Positions 8,432-19,280 of a stretch of DNA of 64,000 bases are shown piece by piece. The position numbers and the translations under genes are program-made. The notes beneath the pieces were generated by a model. It was not told the origin of the DNA, did not search any database, and worked only from the letters and a program-made list of their open reading frames with translations. The first letter of the stretch is position 1, and each line of letters starts with the position of its first letter. Where the stretch lies: the NCBI GenBank assembly GCA_963729485.1, contig CAVSNV010000006.1:289687-353686 (forward strand), read 5' to 3'. The DNA is from an uncultured Verrucomicrobiae bacterium (GTDB lineage: Bacteria > Verrucomicrobiota > Verrucomicrobiia > Verrucomicrobiales > Akkermansiaceae).

Positions 8432-9626
8432 ACACTTCTTCTCCTAGATCCACAGGTCCGATGGTCTCCTGCTCGTAGTCGCCTTTGTCGTCGTTCGCGA
8501 GGATGGCTTGGATTTGCTCGCGGACATCGGTGAGGAGTTCGCTGGAGAGGAGCTTTGGAAGCGTTTTGCGGTCGTAGGCGGTGAGGGGGTTGGGGGTTTT
8601 GGCGGGGCGCCATTTCATTTGGAAGGCCTCGACGGGTCTGCCGGTGGCTTCGCGGAGCTTGAGGAGGATGTGCCAGCCTGCGGGATCGGTATCGCCGAAG
8701 TGGCGGTGGGTGATTTCCGGTGGGAGCTTTTTCAGAAACTCCCGGAAGGTGGGGGTGGGGAACGAGGTGGTGGCGATGAGGGAGTCCCGGTTCGCAACGG
8801 CGTACTGGCGGAAGGTGGTTTTTCGGTTCTCGATGGTGAGCAGTTCCTCCGCCTCCGTGGTGATGGAGGTGCAGCGGAAGATGTCCGAGGTATCGATCTT
8901 GGCGATGCGGAGGTTGTCTATCTCCTGATGGGTGCCGTCGGGGAAGTGGAGGCGGAAGCGGCCGCTCAGCTCGACGTGGGTATCCCCTTCCGCGAGGCCG
9001 AGGGATTTGAGTTTGAACTCTTCGTTGAAGAGGCGCGAGAGGGCGGATTCGATGGTCTTCTGGCGTTTTTCCAAGCCTTTGGAATCGAGGCCGATGGCGA
9101 CGCTGGCGGAGCGGATGAGGGTGCCGGGTTCCCATTCGCGGGAGGTGAGGGCGAGGCAGATTGCCAGGCTTTCGCGGAGGGCTTCCGGCTCGGTCCACTT
9201 GAAGGGGTGCGGGGATCTGGTGGCGGTGAACTCGGTGTGAAGGAAGCCGATCAGATTGCTCCATGCTTCGGGGAAGACGGGGTGCGGGGTTTCGAGAAAT
9301 TCGGTGAGGATGGCGTGGGAGTTTTTTGCGAGGTCGGTGGCCGGGATGGTGCCGAAGAGGTCGCGGAGCCAGGGTTCGCTTTCAGGCGGAAGGGCGATTT
9401 TCTGTATGATACGGCGTTGGTAGTAGTTGATGGTGAGGTGGCCTTGTTGTGCGAGGGAGATGAGTTCGCGCTCGGCGGTGGCGATGTCTTCTCCGGTGGT
9501 GGTTCCGGAGGATTCGAGCAGCTTGTGCCAGTCGCGGGTGAAGGGGCGGGTGGATTGGCGCGGGCGTTTGCCGCGGGCTTTTTGCCATTGGCGGTGGAGT
9601 TCGGTGAGCCAGGGTGGGGGTCTCAT
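8430..9626 (-). CDS. jetD: Wadjet JetD TOPRIM-domain nuclease
   Basis: LLTIENRKTTF (catalytic E), HFGDTDPAG (DxD), C-terminal EQE; last gene after an SMC-like ATPase. Confidence 0.85.
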   Translation of the reverse strand: MRPPPWLTELHRQWQKARGKRPRQSTRPFTRDWHKLLESSGTTTGEDIATAERELISLAQQGHLTINYYQRRIIQKIALPPESEPWLRDLFGTIPATDLAKNSHAILTEFLETPHPVFPEAWSNLIGFLHTEFTATRSPHPFKWTEPEALRESLAICLALTSREWEPGTLIRSASVAIGLDSKGLEKRQKTIESALSRLFNEEFKLKSLGLAEGDTHVELSGRFRLHFPDGTHQEIDNLRIAKIDTSDIFRCTSITTEAEELLTIENRKTTFRQYAVANRDSLIATTSFPTPTFREFLKKLPPEITHRHFGDTDPAGWHILLKLREATGRPVEAFQMKWRPAKTPNPLTAYDRKTLPKLLSSELLTDVREQIQAILANDDKGDYEQETIGPVDLGEEV

Positions 9627-9675
9627 TGGGGGGCGTGGAATGGTGGTAGGGGGGACGCTATCTTTGGTGACACGT

Positions 9676-9724
9676 GCTTCCGGCGGGGGCGCCGGAAGCT
9701 ACACGCGAGGCGCGTGTGGTCCCC
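9676..9724 (-). repeat. REP-like double hairpin repeat (copy 2), between jetC and jetD
   Basis: Minus strand GGGGACCACACGCGCCTCGCGTGTAGCTTCCGGCGCCCCCGCCGGAAGC. Confidence 0.7.
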
Positions 9725-9732
9725 CTTTCGTT

Positions 9733-12700
9733 TCACGAAAGGGCTTCGAGGAGTTTTTCGCGGTCCACTTTCACGACCCAGTTGTTGATATCGGTGATTC
9801 GGCCGGTGGCTTCGTCGTAGGTGCGGTCCACGCGGCATTGGACTACGGTTTCAGCATGCTGGATCATGGTCGGGAGGCGGTCTTCCGGGAAGGCCATGAC
9901 GAGCTGGAGGCCGAAGTTCCGGGCGAGGGCAAGGCAGGAATCGATGCGGTCGCCGGAGAGTTTCGAGAACGCCTCGTCCATGATCACGATGCCGAGGTTC
10001 TTGCGGGTTTCGCGAGGGCCGAGATCGTAAACGCGCTGGAAGGCGGCGAGCATGGCTACGAAGAAGGGGGCCTGGTTTTCGCCGCCGCTTTGTTTTTTCG
10101 CGTTCTTGTTGAGGGAAATGGCGGCGCCTTCGCCCTTGCCTGTCGGGGTGGCCTGGATGTCCCAATGGTGGTAGTAGCGGTAGTCGAGCGCGCGCTGGTG
10201 GCGGGGTTCCTCGGCGTTCTCGATGGCGAGCATGAGCTCGGATTTCGCTTTCTCGATCTCTTCCTTCGCGCCCTCGGCGAAGAGTTCCATGCTGGGGTTC
10301 AGGCCTTTGTCGACGAGTGCCCAGATGGCGCTGTGGGAGCGGTCCGCTTTCATGGAGAGCTGGTAACGCCAGCCGCCGATGTCGTGATCCATGGCGCGGT
10401 TGAGTTCGCGTTTGGTGCGCTCGGCTTCGTCGAGTTTTTCTTTCAGGACATCGAGCACCTGGTGCTGGAGTCTGTCTTCCCATTCCTTCCGCGCGTCCTC
10501 GGCGGCGAGGGTGTATTTTTCCAACTCGTGGGTTTCGAGTTCCTCGCGGCGGAGTTCGTAGCGGGTGTTTTCGTCGTCATCGGGATCGAATGCTTCGGCG
10601 GCTTCCGGGTGTTGTTCGGCGAGGGCGTGGCGTTCGATATCGCGGTCGCGACGGGCTTTGTCGGAATCGTGCTCGCGGGTTCGTGAAACGGCTTCGACGG
10701 CGTCGAGTCGGTCCTTCCATTTCGGGAACTGGTTGTTGACCGAGGAGATCATTTCGGAAATTTCCGTATCCAGGATTCCGGTCAGGGATTCGCGGCCTTG
10801 CTGGCGTTTGATGAAAAGTTCCTGCTCGTCGGTCTCGAGATCGGCGATGGATTCGAGGGCCTGCTGTTCGTAAAGATCGAATTTCTCGATGCTGTTGGCG
10901 AGGCGGCCGGTGCGCTCGATGACGCCGCGGAATTCTGCTTCCAGCTACGCGGAGTTTTTCGACCAGCGCTTCGCGCTCCGGAGTGGCGAGCAGGCGGATG
11001 GTTTCGTTGAGCTTGGCGAGTTCCGCCCGGAGGCGGGGAAGATCGCGGAGCTTGGAGGTGCCTTGCGGGGGATCGGCTTTGTCGAGTTCCCAGCTCTCGC
11101 CGCGATGCAGGAACGTGCGCCAGTTTTCGCGGGCGCGCTGGAGGATGGAGAGTTCCTCGGTGACTTCCGCAAGCTCGTCTTTGCGCATCCCACGCAGGCG
11201 GCGCAGGCCTTCCTCGCCGATGGTGAATTCTCTCGATGGCTGGAGGTGGCTGGCGGTGCGGCGGGTCTTTGAGCCAGCCGTCGCGGGAGATGGCGCGCGA
11301 GTGATTTTCAGTCTCGGCAGCTGTTTCGACGGCGATAAGATCGCCGTAGAGGTGGTGGAGGTAGGAACTGGCGAGGTCGTGTTCGGTTTCGAAAAAGGAG
11401 GCGACGGTTCCTTTCTTCGGGGAGCCTGAGGCGGTGCCGAGTTCGTCGGGATTGACGAGGGGTTCGTCGAGGTGTCCGAGCCGCTGTGCCTGGTCCCACG
11501 CGGCTTTGTATTCCTGCGGGAGAACGCTGGAACGGTGCTTTCCGAGAAGAGTCTCGAGCAGCGGCCACCATGGCTCGGCATCCTCTTTCACCTCGATCAC
11601 GCGGGCGAGGGCGTCGGCTTTCTGGCCTCGTGATTTCAGGGCATCGAGCAGGGGTGACGGGACGGAGCTGCCTTTGTGATCGAGATCGTCGAGCTCGCGG
11701 CGGAGGCGGGTTTCGCGGGATTCGAGATCTTTGATTTTTTCCTCAAGCGGACGGAGATGGTCGCGGGCTTCGTTGACGAGGGCCTGATAGGCGCGGGGCA
11801 TTTTCGCGGCGGCATCGAGCGCGGCGTTTTCCTCCCCCCCCTGCATGGCTTTGAGCCAATCGTTGGTCTGGGCTTGCGGACTTAGCTCGAGGTCTTCGGC
11901 GAGACGCAGCCACTGCTTCCAGTTCTGCGTGCGCTCGTAAAGAAACTGCTGGGCGGATTTCTCGATCTCACGCAGGGCTTCGAGGTCGCGGTTGATTTCA
12001 TCCTGCTGCACGCGGGCTTCGTTGAGGCGCGCGGTCTGAAGATCGTTTCCTGCGGTGAGACGGACTTTGTTGAGCTGGGAGTCGAGCTCGTTCCGCTCCC
12101 GCATGGCGGACTCGTAATCGGCGCGTTGCTCGGAATTTTCCGTACGGCGATTTTCGAGGGACCCACGTTCCTCGTTGAGGGTCTCGAGTCTCCGCTCGTG
12201 GGTGAGCGCGTCAAGAAGGTGGGCGTGGAGGCGGGCTTCACGACGGGCCTTCCGGTACTCCGTATGGAAATTTCCGATGCGTTTCAGGCGCTCCAGCTGG
12301 TCGTGCATTTTCTCCAGTCTGTCCTGGGCGCGGCGGTGGGCGTCCACGCTGGCACGGACTGCTTTCACATCCGGCATTCCCGGCTCAAGCAGATACTCCC
12401 GGATGAATTTCTCGAACGATTCGACCGGCTGGAAGGCCATGGAGTTCGGCAGGGTTTTGTTCATCTGCGGGCGGTCGAAGCCGAGATGGCTGCGGGTGCT
12501 CATTTCCTCCAGATAGGAACCCTGGCGGTCAAAGACTTCGCCACCGAGATCGCGCTTCACGTGGACGCGGAATTCGTCCTCGGGCATGAAGGTGAGATCG
12601 TCGGAGAGGAGATCTTTCCCTAGGAAATCGTCCTTTTCCATGCGCTGTGGAATGGTGAACCAGAGGGTTTTCCCTTTCGAAGAAGGGCCTTCGAACTCGA

Positions 12701-13064
12701 TGCGCGCGCCCCAGGTTTCACGGCGCGGGGTTTCTTCGTTTTCCTCCTGCGGCCAGACGAATTCCAGGGCTGCGAGAGTGACGCCGGAGGGGCGGAGGTA
12801 GCGCTCCTGGCCATCGGCTCCCTGGGTGTTGGTATCGCAGAGGCAGTAGCCGCGGAGGGATCGGCCGCTGCCTGCTCCGGCGGCGGCTTTGTTGAAACGC
12901 GAGAGGGATTCGCCGAGCATGACGAACTGGATGAGATCCAGCAGCACGCTTTTCCCGGAACCGTTCGCTCCGGTGATGAGCGAGAGGCCGGAGACGTCGA
13001 TGAAACGCCGGTAGCCGTACCAGTTGATGGCGATGATGCGGGAGAGGTGGACTCTGGAGGGCAT
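9733..13064 (-). CDS. jetC: Wadjet JetC SMC/MukB-like ATPase (split by apparent frameshifts near 11250 and 10945)
   Basis: Walker A GANGSGKS, long coiled coils, signature QSGGENQ, Walker B/D-loop IVIMDEAFSKLS; the protein continues across three reading frames. Confidence 0.9.
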
Positions 13065-13086
13065 TTCCGGGAGAGGTTGCGAGGTT

Positions 13087-13740
13087 TCAGTTTTCAGAGT
13101 TCAGGGAAGACTGGGGTTGCGGGGGGGCCTCTGTGGGCTCGTTAGGTTCGTAGAGGGCGGCTCGGGTGAGGCAGGATTCGAGGGAGTCGAACGGGATGAC
13201 CCGTGGGAGGCTGGGAAGGATTTCGATGAGGGTTTCTCCCAGGTTTTCCGACCCGTCGGGTTTGTGGGTGCGGATGAGACGGTGGCGTTTGAGGCGGGCG
13301 AGGAGGGCGTCGAGGTGGGTTTTTTCCGGGGGGTCGATCTTGTCGAAGGTGCTGCGGAAACGGGTCCAGAGATCATCGACCGTGAGAACGACGGCGGAGC
13401 TGATTTCATTGGTCCGGTGGTCGTCCCAGGCACGCCACATGACGAGGATGAGCAGGGTTTCGTCTTTGGAAAACTGGGAGAGGAGATGGCAGGTCTCGGG
13501 GATGGGTCGGGCCTGGAGGAGGGAAAAATCGTCGTCGACGACCAGCTCGAGGCCGAGGGGGGCGAGGTAGTCGGAAATATGTTTTTCGTAGTGATCGCGG
13601 GCCAGTAGGAAGAGGTCGCGACCGGAGCCGCTCTCGCCGAGCAGAGTGCCGCGGCCGAGCAGTTCGGCGAGGATTTCACGGATGCCGGGGCGGTCATCCT
13701 CGGGGACGTCCGACCAGAAACTGGGCCATTGGTTTGTCAT
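13087..13740 (-). CDS. jetB: Wadjet JetB (kite/MukE-like, DUF4194-like)
   Basis: 217 aa from MTNQW; DYLAPLGLELVVDDD, ETLLILVM, EILPSL; lies between jetA and jetC. Confidence 0.8.
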   Translation of the reverse strand: MTNQWPSFWSDVPEDDRPGIREILAELLGRGTLLGESGSGRDLFLLARDHYEKHISDYLAPLGLELVVDDDFSLLQARPIPETCHLLSQFSKDETLLILVMWRAWDDHRTNEISSAVVLTVDDLWTRFRSTFDKIDPPEKTHLDALLARLKRHRLIRTHKPDGSENLGETLIEILPSLPRVIPFDSLESCLTRAALYEPNEPTEAPPQPQSSLNSEN

Positions 13741-13751
13741 AAATGCTGAAA

Positions 13752-15230
13752 TTAAGAGCGGGAGATGGTGAAGCGCTCGACCTGCCACTCGGCGTGGGAG
13801 TCCGCAGGGATGGTGGCGGGATCGAGGCCTTGGTCTTTTCCGGGGCCGTCTACGGACCATGAGACGCGTTTGCCATCGGCGGTGACTGCGCGGTCGTAGG
13901 CAGCGATGGCCAGGAGATCCAACATTTCATCGGTGTCGGTGGCGGTGAAGGCTTCGGTGGAAAGGGAGGAGAATTTTTCCGGGAGCAGCCTTGCGACGAG
14001 GCGGGCGGCGCGCTGGGGGGTGAGGGCGAGACGTTGGCGCTCGCGAAGTGCGGCCAGGGTTTCCTCGGAGGTTTCCGCGGTATCGCCCGACTCGGATCCG
14101 AAGGTGAGGTCGGCCGGGCTTTTCACGCGGCGGACACGGGCGAGGGAGTCGATGCCGTAAAAGAACTTCACCTCGGGGACGAGGGGCTGGAAATCGGAGT
14201 CCTCGTTGCGCAGGGTGGCGAGGCGGGTGCCGTTGTGTCGCAGGTTGATCGCATCGCAGTAGGCTTTCACGATTTCCGGACGGCGCCCGCGAAGCTCTGT
14301 CTGATAGCGGTAGCGTTGCTGGGAAAGCTGGTTGAAGGCGGCCATGCGGGCATCGATGGCATCCGCAACGAGACGGATGGCGGAAAGGCGTTGCTCCAGC
14401 AGCCGGAGAGCTTTTTCCGCACGGTGGTAGGCTTCGTTCTCATCCCAGTGGTAATGGGTGGCGAGACCTTCGGCGAGGCGGGCCTTCATCAGAGGATCGT
14501 CGCGCCGGTCGGCGACCATGGAGCGAAGCGCCTGGAGGCGGGGGAGAAGACCGTTCCGCCGGAGGGCATCATAGCAGACCATATGCTGGCCGGCGCCGAA
14601 CTCCGCGTAGAGCAGACGGAGGGTTTCCGCAGGGGATTCGCTGAGGCGCTGGCGGTTGTCGAAAAGCGAGATGAGTTTTTCGACGCCATGGAGCTGGATG
14701 ACGGCGCTTTCGAGGCGGGCGTTCACATCGGTGACGTTGGCACGGAGAACATCCGCATCGTGAATGCGGGCATCGAGAATACCGGGGCGCTCGAGTGTTT
14801 CACAGACACCGCGCACGGTATCGGCGAAGGTTTTCAACTCGGCGATCTCGTCCTCCGCAAGCTCGCGAAGCAGGCGGAGCATGGGACGTAGACCGGGGGA
14901 AATGAGGGTCCAACGTTCGTGAAGACCGAGCTGCTGGTCCTCGAGCCATGCGGAATCGCAAAGTCGGTTGAAAAGCTGACCGGCGCGCTGGCGGGAATCG
15001 CGGAGAGCGGCGCCCTCGTCCTCATCCAGGACGATGTCGGGATGATTCTGGAGGATTTCGCGAATGAGGGCGATGGCCTCTGAATACGGAAGCCGCCCCG
15101 CGTCGCCGGCGATATCCGCCAGGCGATCCGCGCAATCAACGTAGATCGCAGCGGAGGGGCGGGTCAGCGGGCGGAAAAAATCCCGGGAGACGGAGCCGAG
15201 GAGTTTTTCACTGAGGGACGGAGAAATCAT
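13752..15230 (-). CDS. jetA: Wadjet JetA (kleisin/MukF-like)
   Basis: 492-aa helical protein, FFRPLT...YVDC...RLCDSAWL; first gene of the four-gene operon. Confidence 0.75.
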   Translation of the reverse strand: MISPSLSEKLLGSVSRDFFRPLTRPSAAIYVDCADRLADIAGDAGRLPYSEAIALIREILQNHPDIVLDEDEGAALRDSRQRAGQLFNRLCDSAWLEDQQLGLHERWTLISPGLRPMLRLLRELAEDEIAELKTFADTVRGVCETLERPGILDARIHDADVLRANVTDVNARLESAVIQLHGVEKLISLFDNRQRLSESPAETLRLLYAEFGAGQHMVCYDALRRNGLLPRLQALRSMVADRRDDPLMKARLAEGLATHYHWDENEAYHRAEKALRLLEQRLSAIRLVADAIDARMAAFNQLSQQRYRYQTELRGRRPEIVKAYCDAINLRHNGTRLATLRNEDSDFQPLVPEVKFFYGIDSLARVRRVKSPADLTFGSESGDTAETSEETLAALRERQRLALTPQRAARLVARLLPEKFSSLSTEAFTATDTDEMLDLLAIAAYDRAVTADGKRVSWSVDGPGKDQGLDPATIPADSHAEWQVERFTISRS

Positions 15231-15245
15231 TGGGAGCGGGCGGGC

Positions 15246-15275
15246 GTTCTACACTGCCTGCCGAGTCCGCCGCAA
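15246..15275 (-). promoter_or_regulatory. Possible sigma70-like promoter for jetA
   Basis: Minus strand TTGCGG-N18-TAGAAC, 15 nt upstream of the jetA ATG; weak consensus match. Confidence 0.3.
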
Positions 15276-15290
15276 CCTCAAGTAGACACT

Positions 15291-15650
15291 TTAGATGCCT
15301 TTGTAGCGGACTTTTTTTCCGTCTTTTCCGATCGGACGGTCATCAACCGGGCGTTGTTTCGGAACTTCCATGGAAACTCGCTGCGGCCTGTCGGCGGGAT
15401 GGGAGGGGCGGCGCTCTTCGGCCTCGTTCACACGAAGCTCGCGGCCATCGAGTTTTTCACCATCAAGGATCTCGATGGCTTTTTCACCCGCCTCGCGGCT
15501 GTCGAGGGTGATGAAGGCGAATCCGCGCGGATTGCCGGTCTGGTGATCGGTAGGGCGGTGGAAGTCAACGATGGTGCCGGCGGTGCCGATGGCGTCGCCG
15601 AGATGTTGTTCCGTGGTGTCGTAAGATAAATTGCCGATGAATAGTTTCAT
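15291..15650 (-). CDS. RRM (RNP-1) RNA-binding protein
   Basis: KLFIGNLSY (RNP2), RGFAFI (RNP1), LDGRELRVNEA. Confidence 0.9.
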   Translation of the reverse strand: MKLFIGNLSYDTTEQHLGDAIGTAGTIVDFHRPTDHQTGNPRGFAFITLDSREAGEKAIEILDGEKLDGRELRVNEAEERRPSHPADRPQRVSMEVPKQRPVDDRPIGKDGKKVRYKGI

Positions 15651-15947
15651 GTTTCGCTTTGTATGGTTGGTTTCGCCCGTCCACCCGGGGGCACTGAGTT
15701 TCAACCTGTAACGACCAAATAAGGATCAACCGAGAAAGCAAACGACACGTGCCCTCCTTCGGGGCTCTTGGCGGAGAGGGTAGCACATGCCGGAGAGGGG
15801 TCCAAGGAATCGCTCCGGAAATATCCCGGATGCGGACGGCGGGTGCCGAGAGTATCGTTTGACGGTTTGCACGGGCGGGCTTAGCTGGCATAATCCCTGC
15901 GTGACACAAGAGAGAGCGAACCCGCCGCACTGACACGAATTTCCACA

Positions 15948-17891
15948 ATGAATTACAACGAATCCACCCCGACCGCCCGCGAAAGCCGCCTGACTCTCGC
16001 CCGACTTCTACCACGTCTCCACAAGGCGTTTCCGCAGGAGGTTGGAACGGCGGAGTGGGAGGCGTTCGAGGCGCGACTCGACGATCATTTCCCCGTGCTG
16101 TTCGATCTGCTGTGGAGGATCTACGGGCCGAGCTATGATTTTTTCTTCCACGTGGAGCGCATCCTGCAGACGGCGGCGCATTCGTGGCTGGACCGGGACG
16201 CGGACCTGAAAAGCCTGGATGCGATCCGGGAGGGGCAGCCGCATTGGTATCAATCGAACCAGTCGATCGGCGCGATGGCGTATGTGGATTTGTTTTCCGG
16301 AGACCTCCGGGGCCTGCGCGACAGGGTGGGCTATCTGAAAGAATTGGGAGTTACCTATATGCACCTGATGCCGCTCTTCAGAAGTCCGGAAGGTGATGAC
16401 GACGGTGGTTACGCAATCAGCAGCTACCGCGAGGTGGACCCCGCGATCGGCACCATGGAGGACCTGCGGGAGCTTTCGCGCGAAGCTCGCCAGCAAGGGA
16501 TGAGCCTGGTTCTGGATTTCGTTTTCAACCATACTTCGGACGAGCACGAGTGGGCGAAAAACGCCCTCAAAGGCGACGTGGATTATCAGGATTTCTACCG
16601 GATGTATCCCGACCGGACGGAGCCGGACCAATACGAGCAGACGCTGAGACCGATTTTCCCGGACGCGCACCCCGGGTCTTTCACCTACCGGACGAGTCTG
16701 GGGAAATGGATCTGGACGACGTTCAACAATTTCCAATGGGATCTGAACTACGCGAATCCGGATGTCTTCAACGCGATGGCGGGGGAAATGCTCTACCTGG
16801 CGAACGCCGGTGTGGAAATGGTGCGCATGGATGCGGTTCCGTTTCTCTGGAAAGAAAAAGGAACCTCCTGCGAGAATCTGGAGAAAGCGCACTTGCTGAT
16901 CCAGGCGTTCAACTCTCTCGCGCGGATTGCTGCTCCCGCTCTGATTTTCAAATCAGAGGCGATCGTGGCCCCGGACGAGATCAAGAAATACGTGTCCGAG
17001 GAGGAGTGCCATCTTTCCTACAACCCGCCACTGATGGTCCAGCTCTGGAACTCGATCGCCACCCGCGACGCGCGCGTCCTCTCGCACTGCCTACCGAAGC
17101 GTTTCCAGCTCCCGCACGGATGCTCGTGGGTGAACTACATCCGCTGTCACGACGATATCGGGTGGGGCTTCGAGGACCGGGACCTGTGGGAGATCGGCAT
17201 CAATCCGCACGATCACCGCTGGTTCCTGAACGACTTTTTCTCGGGAGAGGGCGACACTTTCGCCCGAGGGAAAAAATTCCAGTTCAATCCCCGGACGGGG
17301 GACGCGCGGATCTGCGGCACGACCGCTTCCCTTTGCGGCCTGGAGAAAGGGATCTATGAAAAGGATGAATACCAGATCGAGATGGCGATCCGTCGCATCC
17401 TGCTGCTCCACGGCATTCTTTTCACCATCGGAGGTATTCCGCTGATTTACCTCGGGGACGAGATCGGGTTGCTGAACGACTACGATTACCACTCGGACCC
17501 GGGAAAGGATGGCGACGACAGGTGGATGCATCGTCCGCAGTTCGATTGGGAAAAGGCGGAACTACGCAAGGAACCGGAAAGCGATCGAGGCGCGGATTTT
17601 CGACGGGATCCTGAAGCTATCGCAGATCGGAAAAACAACCACGCGTTCCAGGAGTGTCACACGGAGTTCATCGGCACGGAGAATCCGCACGTCTTCGGTT
17701 ACTTCCGCAGCTTCGGCGGGCAGAGCGTGCTGTGTCTCGCGAATTTCTCCGAGCATCCCCAGGATCTCTCCGCAACACGTCTGCGCCAGCTCGGCATGAG
17801 GAAGACTTTCACGGATATCGTGGCAGGGAAGAGCATCGTGGCGACCCAGCGGTTGACGCTGGAGCCTCTGCAATTCGCGGCTCTGATGTGA
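15948..17891 (+). CDS. Amylosucrase-like GH13 glycoside hydrolase
   Basis: DGGYAISSYR, LDFVFNHTS, RMDAVPF, FKSEAIV, RCHDDIGW; a short compensated frameshift seems present near 17580-17630. Confidence 0.9.
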   Translation: MNYNESTPTARESRLTLARLLPRLHKAFPQEVGTAEWEAFEARLDDHFPVLFDLLWRIYGPSYDFFFHVERILQTAAHSWLDRDADLKSLDAIREGQPHWYQSNQSIGAMAYVDLFSGDLRGLRDRVGYLKELGVTYMHLMPLFRSPEGDDDGGYAISSYREVDPAIGTMEDLRELSREARQQGMSLVLDFVFNHTSDEHEWAKNALKGDVDYQDFYRMYPDRTEPDQYEQTLRPIFPDAHPGSFTYRTSLGKWIWTTFNNFQWDLNYANPDVFNAMAGEMLYLANAGVEMVRMDAVPFLWKEKGTSCENLEKAHLLIQAFNSLARIAAPALIFKSEAIVAPDEIKKYVSEEECHLSYNPPLMVQLWNSIATRDARVLSHCLPKRFQLPHGCSWVNYIRCHDDIGWGFEDRDLWEIGINPHDHRWFLNDFFSGEGDTFARGKKFQFNPRTGDARICGTTASLCGLEKGIYEKDEYQIEMAIRRILLLHGILFTIGGIPLIYLGDEIGLLNDYDYHSDPGKDGDDRWMHRPQFDWEKAELRKEPESDRGADFRRDPEAIADRKNNHAFQECHTEFIGTENPHVFGYFRSFGGQSVLCLANFSEHPQDLSATRLRQLGMRKTFTDIVAGKSIVATQRLTLEPLQFAALM

Positions 17892-17896
17892 AGGTT

Positions 17897-19026
17897 TCAG
17901 GCCTGTACCAGGGTCTGATCGAAGTCCTTCCACACCGGATCGATGTCCTGGTCGCGTAGCATCTCCGCAATTTCGTGGGGACTGCGGGTATCGTGGATCT
18001 GGAATTGCTCGGTGGCCTTTTCCTTCCCGGATTTTTCTGAAATCTCGACCCGGCGGCCTTTTACCGTGAGGTGGAGATCATCGGAGCCGGCACCGGTATA
18101 ACCGCCAGGCTCGGTCCGCGCACCGGCCGACATGTGTGTGATGCCCAGCGAGGCCATCGCATCGCGAAGCGGAGCTGGTTCCCGGGTGGAGAGCACGATG
18201 GCCACTTGCGGGAAAATGATACGGAACGCGGTGACGAGCCGGAGTAGGGCCGCGTCCGGCAGGTAGCGGTTCGGATCCGGCTCATACTGGTAATTTCCGG
18301 CGTAGGGACGCATGCGGGGAAAGGCGACTGAAAATTGCGCTTTCCAGCAATGTCTGTAGAGATACTCGAGGTGGGCTGCGAGGGAGAGTGCCTCGTGTTT
18401 CCAATCGGCCAGACCGAACAGCGCACCGATTCCGATACGGCGGAAGCCTCCGGCGTATGCGCGTTCCGGACAATTCAGACGCCAGTCGAATTTTTTCTTC
18501 GGACCGGCGGTGTGGAGAGTCTCGTAGGTTTCGCGACGGTAGGTTTCCTGATAGACGATCAGACCCTCGGCTCCATGCGGACGATTTCGGCATACTGATC
18601 ATCCTCCATGGGTCCGACCTCGAGGGCGAGCGTGGGGAAAAGCGGGATCAGGGCATCCAGGCATTTCTGAAGGTAGCCATCGGAAACGAATTTCGGATGC
18701 TCGCCGGCGACCAGCAGGAGATTTCGGAAACCCAAGCCGTGGAGATGCTTCGCTTCGGTGACGACCTGATCGACTGTCAGTGTGGTCCGCAAGATGGCGG
18801 CGTCGCGGGAAAATCCGCAGTAGGAACAGTTGTTCACGCATTCGTTGGAGACGTAGAGCGGTGCGAACAGGCGCATGGTCTTTCCCGAAATTTTTCCGGG
18901 TTTCCCGCTGACTTTTGCGCGCAAGCGTTTCCAGAGGAGACATCTTCCTCCAGTAAACCCATGAACCGGCGCATCAGTGGCGTCGGATTCTGCAAGGAGG
19001 GCGGGATATTCATCGGAAAAGGACAT
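17897..19026 (-). CDS. thiH: 2-iminoacetate synthase ThiH (radical SAM), several apparent frameshifts
   Basis: FAPLYVSNECVNNCSYCGFS (CxxxCxxC), LSTREP, MSAGARTEPGGY, QFQIHDTRS, PVWKDFD. Confidence 0.85.
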
Positions 19027-19280
19027 GGCGGACGCTGGAACATCACGGAACGAAACGTCCAACACGGATCGTGGTGAAAAAACTCGAATCTCGTATCTGC
19101 CTTCACCGTGCCTGAATTCCGGAAACAGCCCGAGCTGACAGCGACAACCACCTGTCCAATCCACCTCCCGGAAGACGCTGAGACCTGTGATGGGAAAATA
19201 ACCAAGAGGCAAATCACCCGGCCCGTGAATCGAGGAAGACATTCCGGCGGAATTTCCGGCTTTGCCGCGCGGGTGCGAGA

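Noticed and set aside
8508-10686. Long plus-strand ORFs (426 and 419 aa) overlapping jetD and jetC
   Set aside because: Antisense shadows of GC-rich, codon-biased genes with no protein motifs
10930-11260. Programmed frameshifting or true pseudogenisation of jetC
   Set aside because: No slippery motif seen, and similar indels hit essential genes throughout the window
19030-19270. TPP riboswitch upstream of thiH
   Set aside because: A CTGAGA occurs only on the wrong strand and the other conserved TPP elements are not visible
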